Shown: positions 46,350 through 56,720 of the stretch, in pieces
Layout of the letters: each line of letters begins with the position of its first letter
Position numbering within the stretch: the first letter of the stretch is position 1
Origin: Tetramitus jugosus
Taxonomy: Eukaryota; Protista; Heterolobosea
Length of the DNA: 64,000 bases
Direction of reading: 5' to 3'
Assembly (NCBI GenBank): GCA_937625935.1
Contig: OW569375.1
Location: 401,874 to 465,873, forward strand
Notes under the pieces: model-generated
What the model was told of the DNA's origin: nothing
What the model saw: the letters and a program-made list of their open reading frames with translations, nothing else
The model's database searches: none
Position numbers and translations under genes: made by a program

Positions 46350-49300
46350 ATGACTTGGAGCATCTATGATTGTTGCAATCTAGATCACGTTCATTTCAAG
46401 CCACAGAACGAGAATGTCACACTGCTGAGCAGAGTTGCCCTTTTTGGTGGTCTGACCAAACAAGATAGATGCAAATTACAATTGAATGAACGAAGCCAGT
46501 ATTCGAGGAACTTTGATCGAGGTGTTCACAAGGTATCTGATGATACCATTTCTCAAAGGATACGACAAGAAGTCATGGAAAACAAGAATGAAAATTTCAA
46601 GTTGGGCTTTTTTGCACTAAGTGGTGCGAAGGACAGTGGTAGTCAACCGATTCCCAGAGATGTGCTTCACTTGATCATGTCTTTTATTCCAGCATTTCCC
46701 TATTATTTCGTGCTGAAGTCAGTGTGTCGTCAGTGGTTCCACGAATTTCAAGAACATATTTTTGCCAAAGTTGAACATTTGAGTCTGGTGGATGATGGAA
46801 AACCAAAGTACTATTTCAGAAGAGAAGATGATGGTCATGAAATATTAGTTCAGTTTAAACCCATTGGTTTGATTGGAACTCAAGGTCGGATGAGTGATTT
46901 TTGTTATCCGATGCTCAATCCTGACAAAACTCATCTGTTTGAGTTCTTGGCTCAATCATTTCCCAATGTGAAACATCTTCGATTGGGTTTGGGGTCTATT
47001 GATTGCACCCATTTCAAACAATGTGTGCCAGCAATGTTTCCAAAGTTGACACAGCTGGAAACTTTGGATATTATAGATACTGTGAATTATTACCAGAGGG
47101 GTCCATTTTGGGTGATGCAGAAAGATATATTGGAGATGATTGCTCGTTCATTGCCAAGTTCAACCAAGAACCTAAACTTTATTGGAGTAACCTTGTTAAG
47201 AATGTCAGAGTTGGAGATGCTCAAGATGTTTTCGAAGAAAGGAAGACAATCAATCTCAGAATCGTTACATCCATCATCGATGGTGGAGCAGAATCCATCT
47301 GTGGATATTCAGAACTTGTCTTTGTCTTACTCGTTCTTGGATGGCTTGAATATCGATGATTGCAGATCTCTCAAGGAAATGTACTCAGACTGTGAGATGT
47401 CAGTGGTGGATTCGAGATCTCACAGTGATTCAGCATCTTCGCTTCCAGTTTTCTCCTATGTTGAGTATTTGAATTACATGTCAAAGAAGGAGGGAATTGT
47501 CTTGTCAGTCATGAAAGATGTACAGAGACGTTTGATGAGCGACACTTCTGAAATTATTGAAACCGTGATTGATATTGCTGTGCAAGAACACTCTTACTTT
47601 CAACCTCTTCTCTCTCTTCCAGCAGCGAAAACAGGGATTCAGATCGAATCACGAACCAAACTAGATGCAGAGTTTATGCTCAGGACCGAGAAAGAGTTTT
47701 TACCCAAGATGCTGGAGTTGCTCGCTGATCCAAGTCGAATGAAATACTCTGAATTGGTCTTCAACATTGATAGTACCTTTATTTATGAAGAGAAGCCAAG
47801 AACCCTCCTCAACGGTTTGATATCAAACTGCTACAGTGAACAAGATTTTAACATGATCAAGACAATCATTGAGACTTACAAACCTTCATTGGCTGTCAAT
47901 GGTGTTAATAATTATCTTTACGAGACGTCCTTCAGTTCACTCACTCCGGTTCGAACTGAATTGATGAAATATTTGGTGTGTTTGAAGCCTGACTTGATCA
48001 ACTTGGGAGATTCAGAAGGAATCATCAATGATAGTCAAAAAGATCTTCCAATCATTCAGTTGATTCTCTCCCGGTGGTACCCTGCCATAGAATGTTTGGA
48101 AGAAATCAAATTCTTGGTATCAGCAGGAGCGTTGCTCACTCAAGTAGACAAACATGGAAACAATATTCTTCACTCTGCCTGTGAGTGTATGGAGATTGAG
48201 TTAGTGAAATATTTGTCGTTAGTTTGTCCTGAGAGTTTTATGTTCGAAAGAAACAAGCGGAACCAAACTCCTCTGGAATTACTGTTTACTCGTCCCTTGC
48301 GTGCTTCTCTTCGCCCACAGTTTCTGAACGAAGTTGTACATTTACCTTGCTTCAAGGATCAACCACTCAAAGATTACAAGACATCATGTGGCAATCTCCT
48401 TCATGCTGCCCTGTACACTCCACATCTCGAGACCATCCAATGGTTCCTTCAGAATGGATTTGATGCAAATGCATTGAATGAGAATGGAGAAAACGCATTT
48501 TTCCGTTGCATTTCAAGAAAGGAGTCAGGTTATGGACCTGGATTTGTGGATGAAATTGCTGTTGAACTGATCAAAGCAGGAGCACAAATTGAACTTGAGA
48601 ACAAGGAGCGAAATACCGTTGTTACATTTGGACTTCAAAACAACAAGAACTACCGAATGGTTAAATTCCTTGTCCAGACAGCAGGATCACTTTCGTCGAA
48701 ACTATGGTCAACTCTCTTGGCTCCAAGAATGAAACATGGATTGAACGCTCTGCATTATTTTGTCAAGAAAATGGTTGAGATCATGGACTCCTACTCAGAG
48801 ATCAACAGAGATAAAGCATGGTCTCAACATAGCGATTGTCCTATTGCGAAACATTGTGCACTCCTTTGTCTTGAACATCACCCTGAAATGCTCTATGAGC
48901 GTTCTGAACCATCAGATGAACAGGATCTGAAATATATTTGTGGTGTGAGTCCACTTCAAATGTTGCTTGAAGCCCGTCATGGATTGTATTTATTGAGTGA
49001 ATTATCAATCAAGTTGAGTGATATTGCCAATCAACCAGTTTTTAAGAGCAAGAATACTGCTGATGATATGGCTGCTCCCATTCCTGTCATGTATCTCGCA
49101 TCGGAAGTGGCGATAGATATTTCAATGTTTGATGAATTGATGAAACTTACTGACAATGTTCTTGTCAGGGATGAAGCACGAGAAACAAGACCCAATCTTT
49201 TGCACATTGCAGCAGAAAGAAGTGTTTCTTTATGTGAGTGTATCATAAAGCATTGGAAAGAAAGGTATCCTGATCCAGGAGAGTTGTCACAATTGATTAA

Positions 49301-49412
49301 TCAATCACTTGAGAATGATGGAAGAAGATATGCTGCTACAATTGCCTCGAGTTCAGGTTTTTACGATATAGTTCGCATGCTCTGTTCATTGATGGAGGCT
49401 GTAGACAGTTGA
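46350..49412 (+). CDS. F-box + LRR-like + ankyrin-repeat protein
   Basis: IPRDVLHLIMSFIP...VLKSVCRQW (F-box); FPNVKHLRL / LTQLETLDI (LRR-like); DKHGNNILHSAC, GNLLHAAL..FLQNGFDAN, NLLHIAA (ankyrin). Confidence 0.85.
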   Translation: MTWSIYDCCNLDHVHFKPQNENVTLLSRVALFGGLTKQDRCKLQLNERSQYSRNFDRGVHKVSDDTISQRIRQEVMENKNENFKLGFFALSGAKDSGSQPIPRDVLHLIMSFIPAFPYYFVLKSVCRQWFHEFQEHIFAKVEHLSLVDDGKPKYYFRREDDGHEILVQFKPIGLIGTQGRMSDFCYPMLNPDKTHLFEFLAQSFPNVKHLRLGLGSIDCTHFKQCVPAMFPKLTQLETLDIIDTVNYYQRGPFWVMQKDILEMIARSLPSSTKNLNFIGVTLLRMSELEMLKMFSKKGRQSISESLHPSSMVEQNPSVDIQNLSLSYSFLDGLNIDDCRSLKEMYSDCEMSVVDSRSHSDSASSLPVFSYVEYLNYMSKKEGIVLSVMKDVQRRLMSDTSEIIETVIDIAVQEHSYFQPLLSLPAAKTGIQIESRTKLDAEFMLRTEKEFLPKMLELLADPSRMKYSELVFNIDSTFIYEEKPRTLLNGLISNCYSEQDFNMIKTIIETYKPSLAVNGVNNYLYETSFSSLTPVRTELMKYLVCLKPDLINLGDSEGIINDSQKDLPIIQLILSRWYPAIECLEEIKFLVSAGALLTQVDKHGNNILHSACECMEIELVKYLSLVCPESFMFERNKRNQTPLELLFTRPLRASLRPQFLNEVVHLPCFKDQPLKDYKTSCGNLLHAALYTPHLETIQWFLQNGFDANALNENGENAFFRCISRKESGYGPGFVDEIAVELIKAGAQIELENKERNTVVTFGLQNNKNYRMVKFLVQTAGSLSSKLWSTLLAPRMKHGLNALHYFVKKMVEIMDSYSEINRDKAWSQHSDCPIAKHCALLCLEHHPEMLYERSEPSDEQDLKYICGVSPLQMLLEARHGLYLLSELSIKLSDIANQPVFKSKNTADDMAAPIPVMYLASEVAIDISMFDELMKLTDNVLVRDEARETRPNLLHIAAERSVSLCECIIKHWKERYPDPGELSQLINQSLENDGRRYAATIASSSGFYDIVRMLCSLMEAVDS

Positions 49413-49621
49413 TGAGGCGAGTGTGCAATCTCTTGGCAATGTTGTCAAACGTTCTTGTAAATCTATCTATCCTTTGCAACACATCATCCTTGTTAACTGA
49501 TTTGTTAAAAAGAAACATATTGTCTCTGGCTTTGAATTGCCTGTAGTCCATATGATCTGCTCTCACAATCGAAAACACAATTTGATCAATTCGAAAGCTT
49601 ACACAACAAAACAAGATCAAA

Positions 49622-50387
49622 ATGAGTGAAACACAAAGAGTTTGGTTAATCACAGGTACTTCTTCTGGATTCGGTAGAGAATTCGTTCGCACCATCCTTA
49701 ATCGTGGTGACAAGGTTATTGCTACTGCCAGAGACTTAAGCAAAATTCAAGATTTGGCCGACGCAGGAGCTCACACTCTGCGTCTTGACGTAACAAGTGG
49801 TCTTCCTGCTCTGACAACCATTATGGAAGAAGCCATCAAGGTTTATGGACGTATTGATGTTCTGATCAATAATGCTGCTCTTGTCGTACATGGCACCATT
49901 GAAGATGTTTCACCTGAAGAAACATTTAAACAATTTGATACAATTGTGTTTGGTTTGTTGAACACGACGAGAGCTGTATTGCCACATATGCGTGCTCGTA
50001 AAAGTGGTACAATTGTGATGATTGGATCAATTGGAGGATTTAGAGGCACATCTCGGTATAAAGGTATTGTTGGTTGAACCGGGTTATTTTAGAACTTCGC
50101 TGTTAGCTCCACAGAACATGTCATCTGCGGAGAATAGACTTGCTGATTATGATCAAGTTTACAAGGCTGTGAATCTTGAATCTGTGCACTCAAAGCAGCC
50201 AGGTGATCCTAAAAAACTGGCAGAAAGAGTGGTTGACGTAGTGACTGGAACTGGTGCAGAGGGAAGAGAGATGCCCTTCAGATTACCATTGGGTACCGAT
50301 GCGTTTTCATATGTACTGGACAAGTGTGACGAGGTGAAAAAACAGATTGAACCGTGGGAAGATGTCATTAAACGCACAGATTTCTAA
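49622..50387 (+). pseudogene. Short-chain dehydrogenase/reductase lacking the catalytic YxxxK segment
   Basis: WLITGTSSGFG, LDVT, IDVLINNA, GSIGG, then a jump by frameshift directly to LGIKVLLVEPGYFRT; the ~25-30 aa with YxxxK are absent. Confidence 0.8.
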
Positions 50388-50735
50388 GGTCAAACGGGTT
50401 TCACAGTGTGAGTGTTGGTCCAGCGACGTTCTTGCATTGAGGCAACAAGACCATCTGAATTTCATCTGCTCGAACTATTACAATCAAAATTCACCAACTG
50501 GTGATGTACAGTATTTCAGTTGCGACATTGATTTATTCGGCCTGTGTTTGAAGTTAAAGCATAACTCTCAAATATGTGTGGGTGATCATTACATTCAGCT
50601 AGACTGGAACTTCCAGATCCTGACAATGCCTTGAACGGTTGGGATGTGTTTTTGAGAACCACGATTTGTAGTGTAACGTTTTCCAGTTTTTTGTTTACGA
50701 AAAAACATAGTGAACTTCGAAAAAAATCACTAAGA

Positions 50736-52304
50736 ATGGCTTTTGAAGTAATCGATGTAGCCAGGTACATCTTGGAAACTGAAACCACACTGCCACCCAT
50801 CAAACTTCAGAACTTGTGTTTTTACACTCAATGCTTCCACTTGGTTATTAGGGGTGCTCCTCTATTTGATGGTGATTTCGAAAAATGGAAAGATGGACCT
50901 GTTCATTATTGTACTTGGAAGACTTTGCGTCCATTCTGCTCCAATTATTGTATCTATGACATATCAGATGTTGATTTTCCTGGTGATTCTTCCAAAATAC
51001 CCAGTCAAGATAAAGATTTTATCAAGGCAGTCGTTCAACAGTTTAAGAACAATTCGTGCAGACAACTCTCAAAACGTACTCATGACGAGGATCCATGGAT
51101 AAACGTTCATTATAATGAAACTATCGAAAAGCAAAGTATGAAAGACTTCTATAGCACAAATGATCAGGCTATGATCGATCTTGTGGGATGTTTATGTTTC
51201 ATTGGTGATGATAGTTTGAAAAAAGACATTGTCGTGGCAGTACAGCAATACATCACACGAACCAATGGTTCGTTCTTTGACATTTACGTTTCAATAGTCG
51301 ACAAACAACAGGACCCGGAAAACAATTTATCAAGCGAATTCCAAAAGTGGAGAAAACAAAGTCAAGTAGATGCACTTGTCTGTAAATTGTTTATGCCTGC
51401 AGAACTAGTGACACTCGATCGGTTCAACTCGTACTATAAAATTCCATCGATTATCGATAGGGTTCAAATCTGTGCTAAGGCTAAGAACCCACTCGCGCAA
51501 TACCATTTGCACGTTTTCATGAAATCTTATCTTTATAACTTACTCCAGGGTAATAAGGATGAAGATTCTGATGACGACGTTGTACCAGAGAAGTATCAAG
51601 CGATAAAAAAGTTTGTTGATGAACTTTATAGTGACTGCAACTCAGTGAAGCTCACTGACGCAGAAAATCTCTTCGAAGCAGGTTGTTTGATGTGGCTCTT
51701 GTTCAGAAGACCTGAAGCGAAGCAAGCATTTGAAAAAGCAAATACAACTGAGGCATTCTATACACTTGGTGAATTGTATAAGAACAAAGAATATTACTTG
51801 AAAGCCCTTCAAATTAATCCTAATAATTTTAAGGCAAACGCTCGATTACTCGAATGCGAAGGAAAAAGGGATGAAGCCATCGAAGTACTCAAGAAAGTCA
51901 AAGACAATCACCCAGATGCGAATGTTCTCCTGTACTACATGACCTCCGATAAGAAAGAAACCTCTGAAGATAAGATTGAATATCTTGTTGAGGCTGCGAA
52001 AAAATGGAATGATTCAACCTTGTATGAAACAGCTGCCCTTGTATGCCGAAACAAGAGAAAATACAATGAAGCATTCAAATTTTATGAGGAAGCTGCGCGC
52101 ATAGGAAACCCCCACGCTTACTTTGAAATGTGGCAGATGAAGAAGAAACAGCGCAAGGACACAGAGGTTGAAACATACAAAGAAAAAGCTCATGCTGGGG
52201 GGTATTTTTGCTTTGGATATACCGACAAAGATATAGAAATGTATAAAGAGGAAGTATTCACTCTTCTGCAAAATATTCAGAGATTTGTCAAGGAAGGAGT
52301 GTAG
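50736..52304 (+). CDS. Panacea (DUF4065/SocA/GepA/PanA) domain fused to TPR/Sel1-like repeats
   Basis: VIDVARYIL..LPPIKLQNLCFYTQ..HL..G.PLF.GDFEKWKDGPV...LSKRTHDEDPW is the Panacea consensus; NPLAQYHL, EAFYTLGELY, YLKALQINPNN and AFKFYEEAARIGNPHAY are TPR/Sel1; intronless, 522 aa. Confidence 0.85.
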   Translation: MAFEVIDVARYILETETTLPPIKLQNLCFYTQCFHLVIRGAPLFDGDFEKWKDGPVHYCTWKTLRPFCSNYCIYDISDVDFPGDSSKIPSQDKDFIKAVVQQFKNNSCRQLSKRTHDEDPWINVHYNETIEKQSMKDFYSTNDQAMIDLVGCLCFIGDDSLKKDIVVAVQQYITRTNGSFFDIYVSIVDKQQDPENNLSSEFQKWRKQSQVDALVCKLFMPAELVTLDRFNSYYKIPSIIDRVQICAKAKNPLAQYHLHVFMKSYLYNLLQGNKDEDSDDDVVPEKYQAIKKFVDELYSDCNSVKLTDAENLFEAGCLMWLLFRRPEAKQAFEKANTTEAFYTLGELYKNKEYYLKALQINPNNFKANARLLECEGKRDEAIEVLKKVKDNHPDANVLLYYMTSDKKETSEDKIEYLVEAAKKWNDSTLYETAALVCRNKRKYNEAFKFYEEAARIGNPHAYFEMWQMKKKQRKDTEVETYKEKAHAGGYFCFGYTDKDIEMYKEEVFTLLQNIQRFVKEGV

Positions 52305-52329
52305 ATTTCAAGATTCGACAATACTGGTG

Positions 52330-52934
52330 TCTGTCTCATGAATCGATACTTTGTGATCAGAGAACTGGAAATTACAACATAAATTGGGCTTTGGTTCAAT
52401 TTTACATACAAGTTTATTGTTTACCATGGAAGAGTAGATCCATCTATGGCAAAGAATTTTCCACTTCCATCATCTCCAATCAATGCAGCTGTGATTACAC
52501 TCTCGGCAGCATCTTGCACTTTTCTATAACCTTGATGACCATTCAAATCTGGAATTTTAATGGAATAAAATTCAGAGTTTGGAGTGGAACAAGAAGAAGA
52601 GGCTTTACGAAATTTTGAGACAGAATACATTGAAACCACATCAATGCATTGTTTCGCACCATGCTCATTGGGACAAGGCACCAATAAACCCAATTTCCAC
52701 CACATGTTGGACGGCGAACGCACAGTCTCCACTGTGGAGAGAGACAAGGAATTATCCTCTGATGACTCTTCTGACGAAGAAAGTGATGACTCATCATCAT
52801 CTAGTGATTCTGATTTTGAATTGTTGTTATCTGATGACAATTCATCATCAGATGAAACAGCTCCAGAAAATGAACAATATGGAGGGTGCAGCTTTAATAC
52901 ACCAATAATTGGTGAGGAACACAATCAAGAGTAG
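52330..52934 (+). pseudogene. Degraded gene fragment with acidic S/D/E tail
   Basis: Coding-like IGLWFNFTYKFIVYHGRVDP...EQEEEALRNFETE...SSDDSSDEESDD interrupted by stops; no clear start. Confidence 0.35.
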
Positions 52935-53293
52935 TTAAGATCTAGAGCCGAATCTCAGTCTCAAGTCACCAACAACCATCAAGTCTTTAAGTCTTTGCAA
53001 TGCTTTGTTAATGCAACGCACAGTCGCTCTTTATTACTCTTTCCTCTCTTGTCAGTTAGCGTTATGATGGCTTTGTGTGAGGAGTTGAAATGGCAAAGTG
53101 TAAAACAAAATTTGACCTAGTTACATCGATGTTGGAAGACATAACACCAGACAGACAAACGAAGAACTTACTATCTGCATATGACAACATTTGTCTCTAC
53201 TTCTGGGGCAACTAGGTCAAAGATTGGTAACTTGCAATACTCTGTTTCTTGATATTGAATTAAAACAAAAGCCAGGTCAAGACCAACAAGAGA

Positions 53294-54333
53294 CTAATCC
53301 GCTCTGCTATTAATACCATCTTTGACTTTGACATAGCACAAGTAAGTATATGTCAGAGGTTCTTCCAACAGCTCTGGATACTTCTTTGCAATCTCTTCAT
53401 TGGTAAACAATGGTTGAATGTTTGAAAGCTCTTCGTGCTTTTCCCTCATGCTCATAGATCTTGCAGATTCGAACACTTTATCGCATAGTGGTGGTATTTC
53501 TTGATATGTCTGCAACATGTTTTTCCAGAAGTAGTATGCACTCAAATGCTCATCCCACCTCCTTTTTACCTGAGTGCGACCAAAGTCATCTGGCACTTCC
53601 AAGATTGCTAGTGCATCTCCTCCTTTAACAAAATTAGAGTTTGAACCAAAACTACTGTCAAACTTTGGCCAATGTCTGTGGAAGATCCAATTAAATGAAT
53701 AATTGTCTCCAGAGAACGCTGGATAATTATCCTCAAATATGTAATGCTTAATGTTGTATCGATACAATCCTTGCCACACTCTCTTAGAGGCAGATTGATG
53801 GTCATCCATAAATGCAAGGATTTGATCAGCTGGAACTCTTTTTGCATCCTTGTGGATAGTAGGATTACTTTCTGTTGTATCTTCATAGAAGATCCATTCT
53901 GGAAGATTGTCAAAGTCCATGAACTGTGAATTGGTCAGAAATATTTGAGTAATACCCTTGTCCTCTCTCTTCACATTTGTACTATGGGGATCCAAGGATA
54001 CGAGCCTACTTCCAGGTTCCAATGCCTCAGCAATGATCCAAGTACTCACACCCCTGAACACTCCAGACTCAATGACCATTCTCGGTTTGAGTTTCTTTAC
54101 CACTGCCCATGTTGCAAAGATGTGAGGAACAGTCATTCCACCCCTACCATTCACATTGTCACCCAACATGGCCTTGGTTCTTGGAAATCGTTTGTACACG
54201 TTTATAAATTCATCAAACATGCTTCTTAGTTCATGTCGAGTGTTAAACAATGGTGTACCAACCACTGTTGAGTGCTCTGTTGTCTGAATCTTGCAATTCA
54301 GCTCGTCGGAGATTACGCAATGTACGATTAGTT
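53294..54333 (-). CDS. Class I SAM-dependent methyltransferase-like protein, 5' end missing or unresolved
   Basis: GGMTVPHIFATW..LKPRMVIESGVFRGVSTW, SLDP, FMDDHQ, IFEDNY; the frame is open to ~54333 with no ATG and abuts the transposon left end. Confidence 0.65.
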
Positions 54334-54484
54334 CCTATGAAGGATGTATCTCACTCATGTCATTGAAAATCATTCGCGAAAATGTGTTTTAGCCATTTTC
54401 CAAAAAGTGTGACGTTTTTTTGCGTTTTTGAGCGTTTACACCACTAGCCAAGGCGGTAGAGAGAGAGCGGTATACCACGTTTGC

Positions 54485-56584
54485 TTACCACGTTTTGTGG
54501 TGGAAGGCGGTATCTAGTAGTGCATATCCATCAGTTGTTGTGATCAAATCACCAACTCTAAATGTTATATTCTTGTATGAAGCAGTTCTGAAGGACTTAA
54601 TAGATGTCGTAGGTGATCTTGCACAATCTGAACATACTCTAGCTTTCAGTTGATCTGTGAGAGAGATGGAATCTTTCAGAACCAGATCATTATCATTCAA
54701 TTGGTCCATTGTTGCCATATGCTTGAGAGCTTTGTACAGGATTGTTTTGGCATCATTGCGGTTATTGGTGTTAGTCAGCAGACGCTTCATTAGTTGATGC
54801 TTGGCTTCATATCTCATACAATATATACCAACAAGTGGACCAAATGCTCTTATCGCTTCAACAAAATGCAGTCTGTAATGGGACTTGGGACAGAATGAAT
54901 CTGGATAAGCTTTGGCCCACAAGTCCATATGCGCTTTCACCAATAGGTCAAGTTTTGTGAGATCTGAATCAGTGAATGACCATTGCAGAGTGATCTGCAA
55001 GTACTCCAAGTGCTTCATCAGTGATCTGAATTGAATACTATCTTTGATGTCTGACCATGCAGATAATTGAGTACAAATGAATGGCATTAATGTTGAAAGT
55101 GAATACACCTGTCCTGCTGTTAACTCATTCGAACTTGGATTATTGTAGAACTTGTCTGAAACATCTGGTGGAACAAACGATTTCAGATCAAGCAGTTGTC
55201 TCCACGTCATTAAAGCATTATTGAATTGATCAATTGTAAACCACCCATCTGTGACACCATGTCTCAGTAGGAAGCACAACTCGCGTTTTAACTCTCCTTC
55301 AAATTCAGTATGCATCAGATCTGGTGGTAATTTAGTGATGACGTGGAAGAAAGGTATGTCACTCAAGACAGAGTACTTCTGGACACCATACATAGATTTC
55401 AATCCTTCCACATTACATCCACCCTCTATAGCTTCAACAATTCTGTCGTGGATTTCAGGTGTTCGAAGAATGAACTTTGTCTGATCAGTAGATCCTATAT
55501 CACTACGATGCAAGAAACAATGTCTGCAGAATCGCTTCATATTAGAAAAAGAGGTGGAGAATCCACCTAGCTCATGAGCTGCTTTGTGATCAAGCAATGC
55601 AACAACAACTTGTCCTCTGAACCTTCTATAACTGTTGTTGTATATCTTTATGTCAACTCCATCAGAAGCGAATGGTATGAATTGTGACAATATGGGTTGT
55701 ATTACTCCATCCCCAGCACTTTTGATCAGCTTTGATGGGATTGCAGCCATCGGCAATATGTTGTGCAGCTGACACCTGGTGTATGTTGGAAAATTGCCGA
55801 GATTACAGTAGATCATCATGTATTCTGTACGATCCTTCAAATAGCATTCATCTAAATACAATATGAACTGTAGAGCATCCTTATACTTCTGAAAGAACTG
55901 CGACTCTCGAACAATTGATCCATCACATATATCATTGTATATTCCAGGTTCTGATGCACGATCTGCAGATAAATCTATCCAATCTAAATTCTTCTTCTTG
56001 TTGAATAATGCTGTCAGCAGCCCTTTTAAGGGTAGATAATATATCTTCTGACCAGCATAAGTTGCTTCTTCTGGATGACATTCAAAGAATCGCCTTGCGA
56101 TTTCTTCATCTCGTTTCTTATCATTTAATAAGATACTGATATTAGGTATGCAATTGACAATATTAGCTTCAGTTTCTGCATCAAAGTTAGTAGCAATACT
56201 CTTGATACTTTCATATAAAAGACGAAATGTTTCATCTATTGATGTACGTGGTACTTTATGCTGTGTTTCTGATACCATTGCGTGCTTCAGAAACTTGTCT
56301 AATAATTCATTTTGTATCTTTGTGTGATTCATGGATGTTGTAAGCATAATATCATCGGTCATACTTTGGCTACCAAACATTTCATAACTGTCATTCATCA
56401 TATTATCGTGTTCACTATCCATCATATTGCTTTGACCATCAAATGAATCAGGCACTGCGCACTGTGTAACATTGCTGTTGTGATTGTCTCTTGAGTGCTT
56501 CTGCTCATGTTTGTATCTCCCACTACGAGTGCAGAAAGGTAATTGACAATATCTGCATTCGTATTGTTTGCTAACTCGTGGCAT
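54485..56584 (-). CDS. EnSpm/CACTA-type transposase with N-terminal C2H2 zinc finger (699 aa)
   Basis: YECRYC...HEQKH; YNDICDG, LYLDE, LGNFP..R..HNI, LLDHKAAH..GF...FCRHC, PPDLMHTEFEG, PKSH..LH..IRAFGPL...CMRYEAKH. Confidence 0.9.
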   Translation of the reverse strand: MPRVSKQYECRYCQLPFCTRSGRYKHEQKHSRDNHNSNVTQCAVPDSFDGQSNMMDSEHDNMMNDSYEMFGSQSMTDDIMLTTSMNHTKIQNELLDKFLKHAMVSETQHKVPRTSIDETFRLLYESIKSIATNFDAETEANIVNCIPNISILLNDKKRDEEIARRFFECHPEEATYAGQKIYYLPLKGLLTALFNKKKNLDWIDLSADRASEPGIYNDICDGSIVRESQFFQKYKDALQFILYLDECYLKDRTEYMMIYCNLGNFPTYTRCQLHNILPMAAIPSKLIKSAGDGVIQPILSQFIPFASDGVDIKIYNNSYRRFRGQVVVALLDHKAAHELGGFSTSFSNMKRFCRHCFLHRSDIGSTDQTKFILRTPEIHDRIVEAIEGGCNVEGLKSMYGVQKYSVLSDIPFFHVITKLPPDLMHTEFEGELKRELCFLLRHGVTDGWFTIDQFNNALMTWRQLLDLKSFVPPDVSDKFYNNPSSNELTAGQVYSLSTLMPFICTQLSAWSDIKDSIQFRSLMKHLEYLQITLQWSFTDSDLTKLDLLVKAHMDLWAKAYPDSFCPKSHYRLHFVEAIRAFGPLVGIYCMRYEAKHQLMKRLLTNTNNRNDAKTILYKALKHMATMDQLNDNDLVLKDSISLTDQLKARVCSDCARSPTTSIKSFRTASYKNITFRVGDLITTTDGYALLDTAFHHKTW

Positions 56585-56720
56585 GTGATGTTTACTGTAC
56601 TTGATGAATTGATATTTCTTATCTCCGGAAATTTCTGTGGAACCCGATTTCCGATTCACAAACGTCGCAGAACAACAGCACAACACTTGAACATACATAA
56701 AGGATACTTGAACTCAAAGG

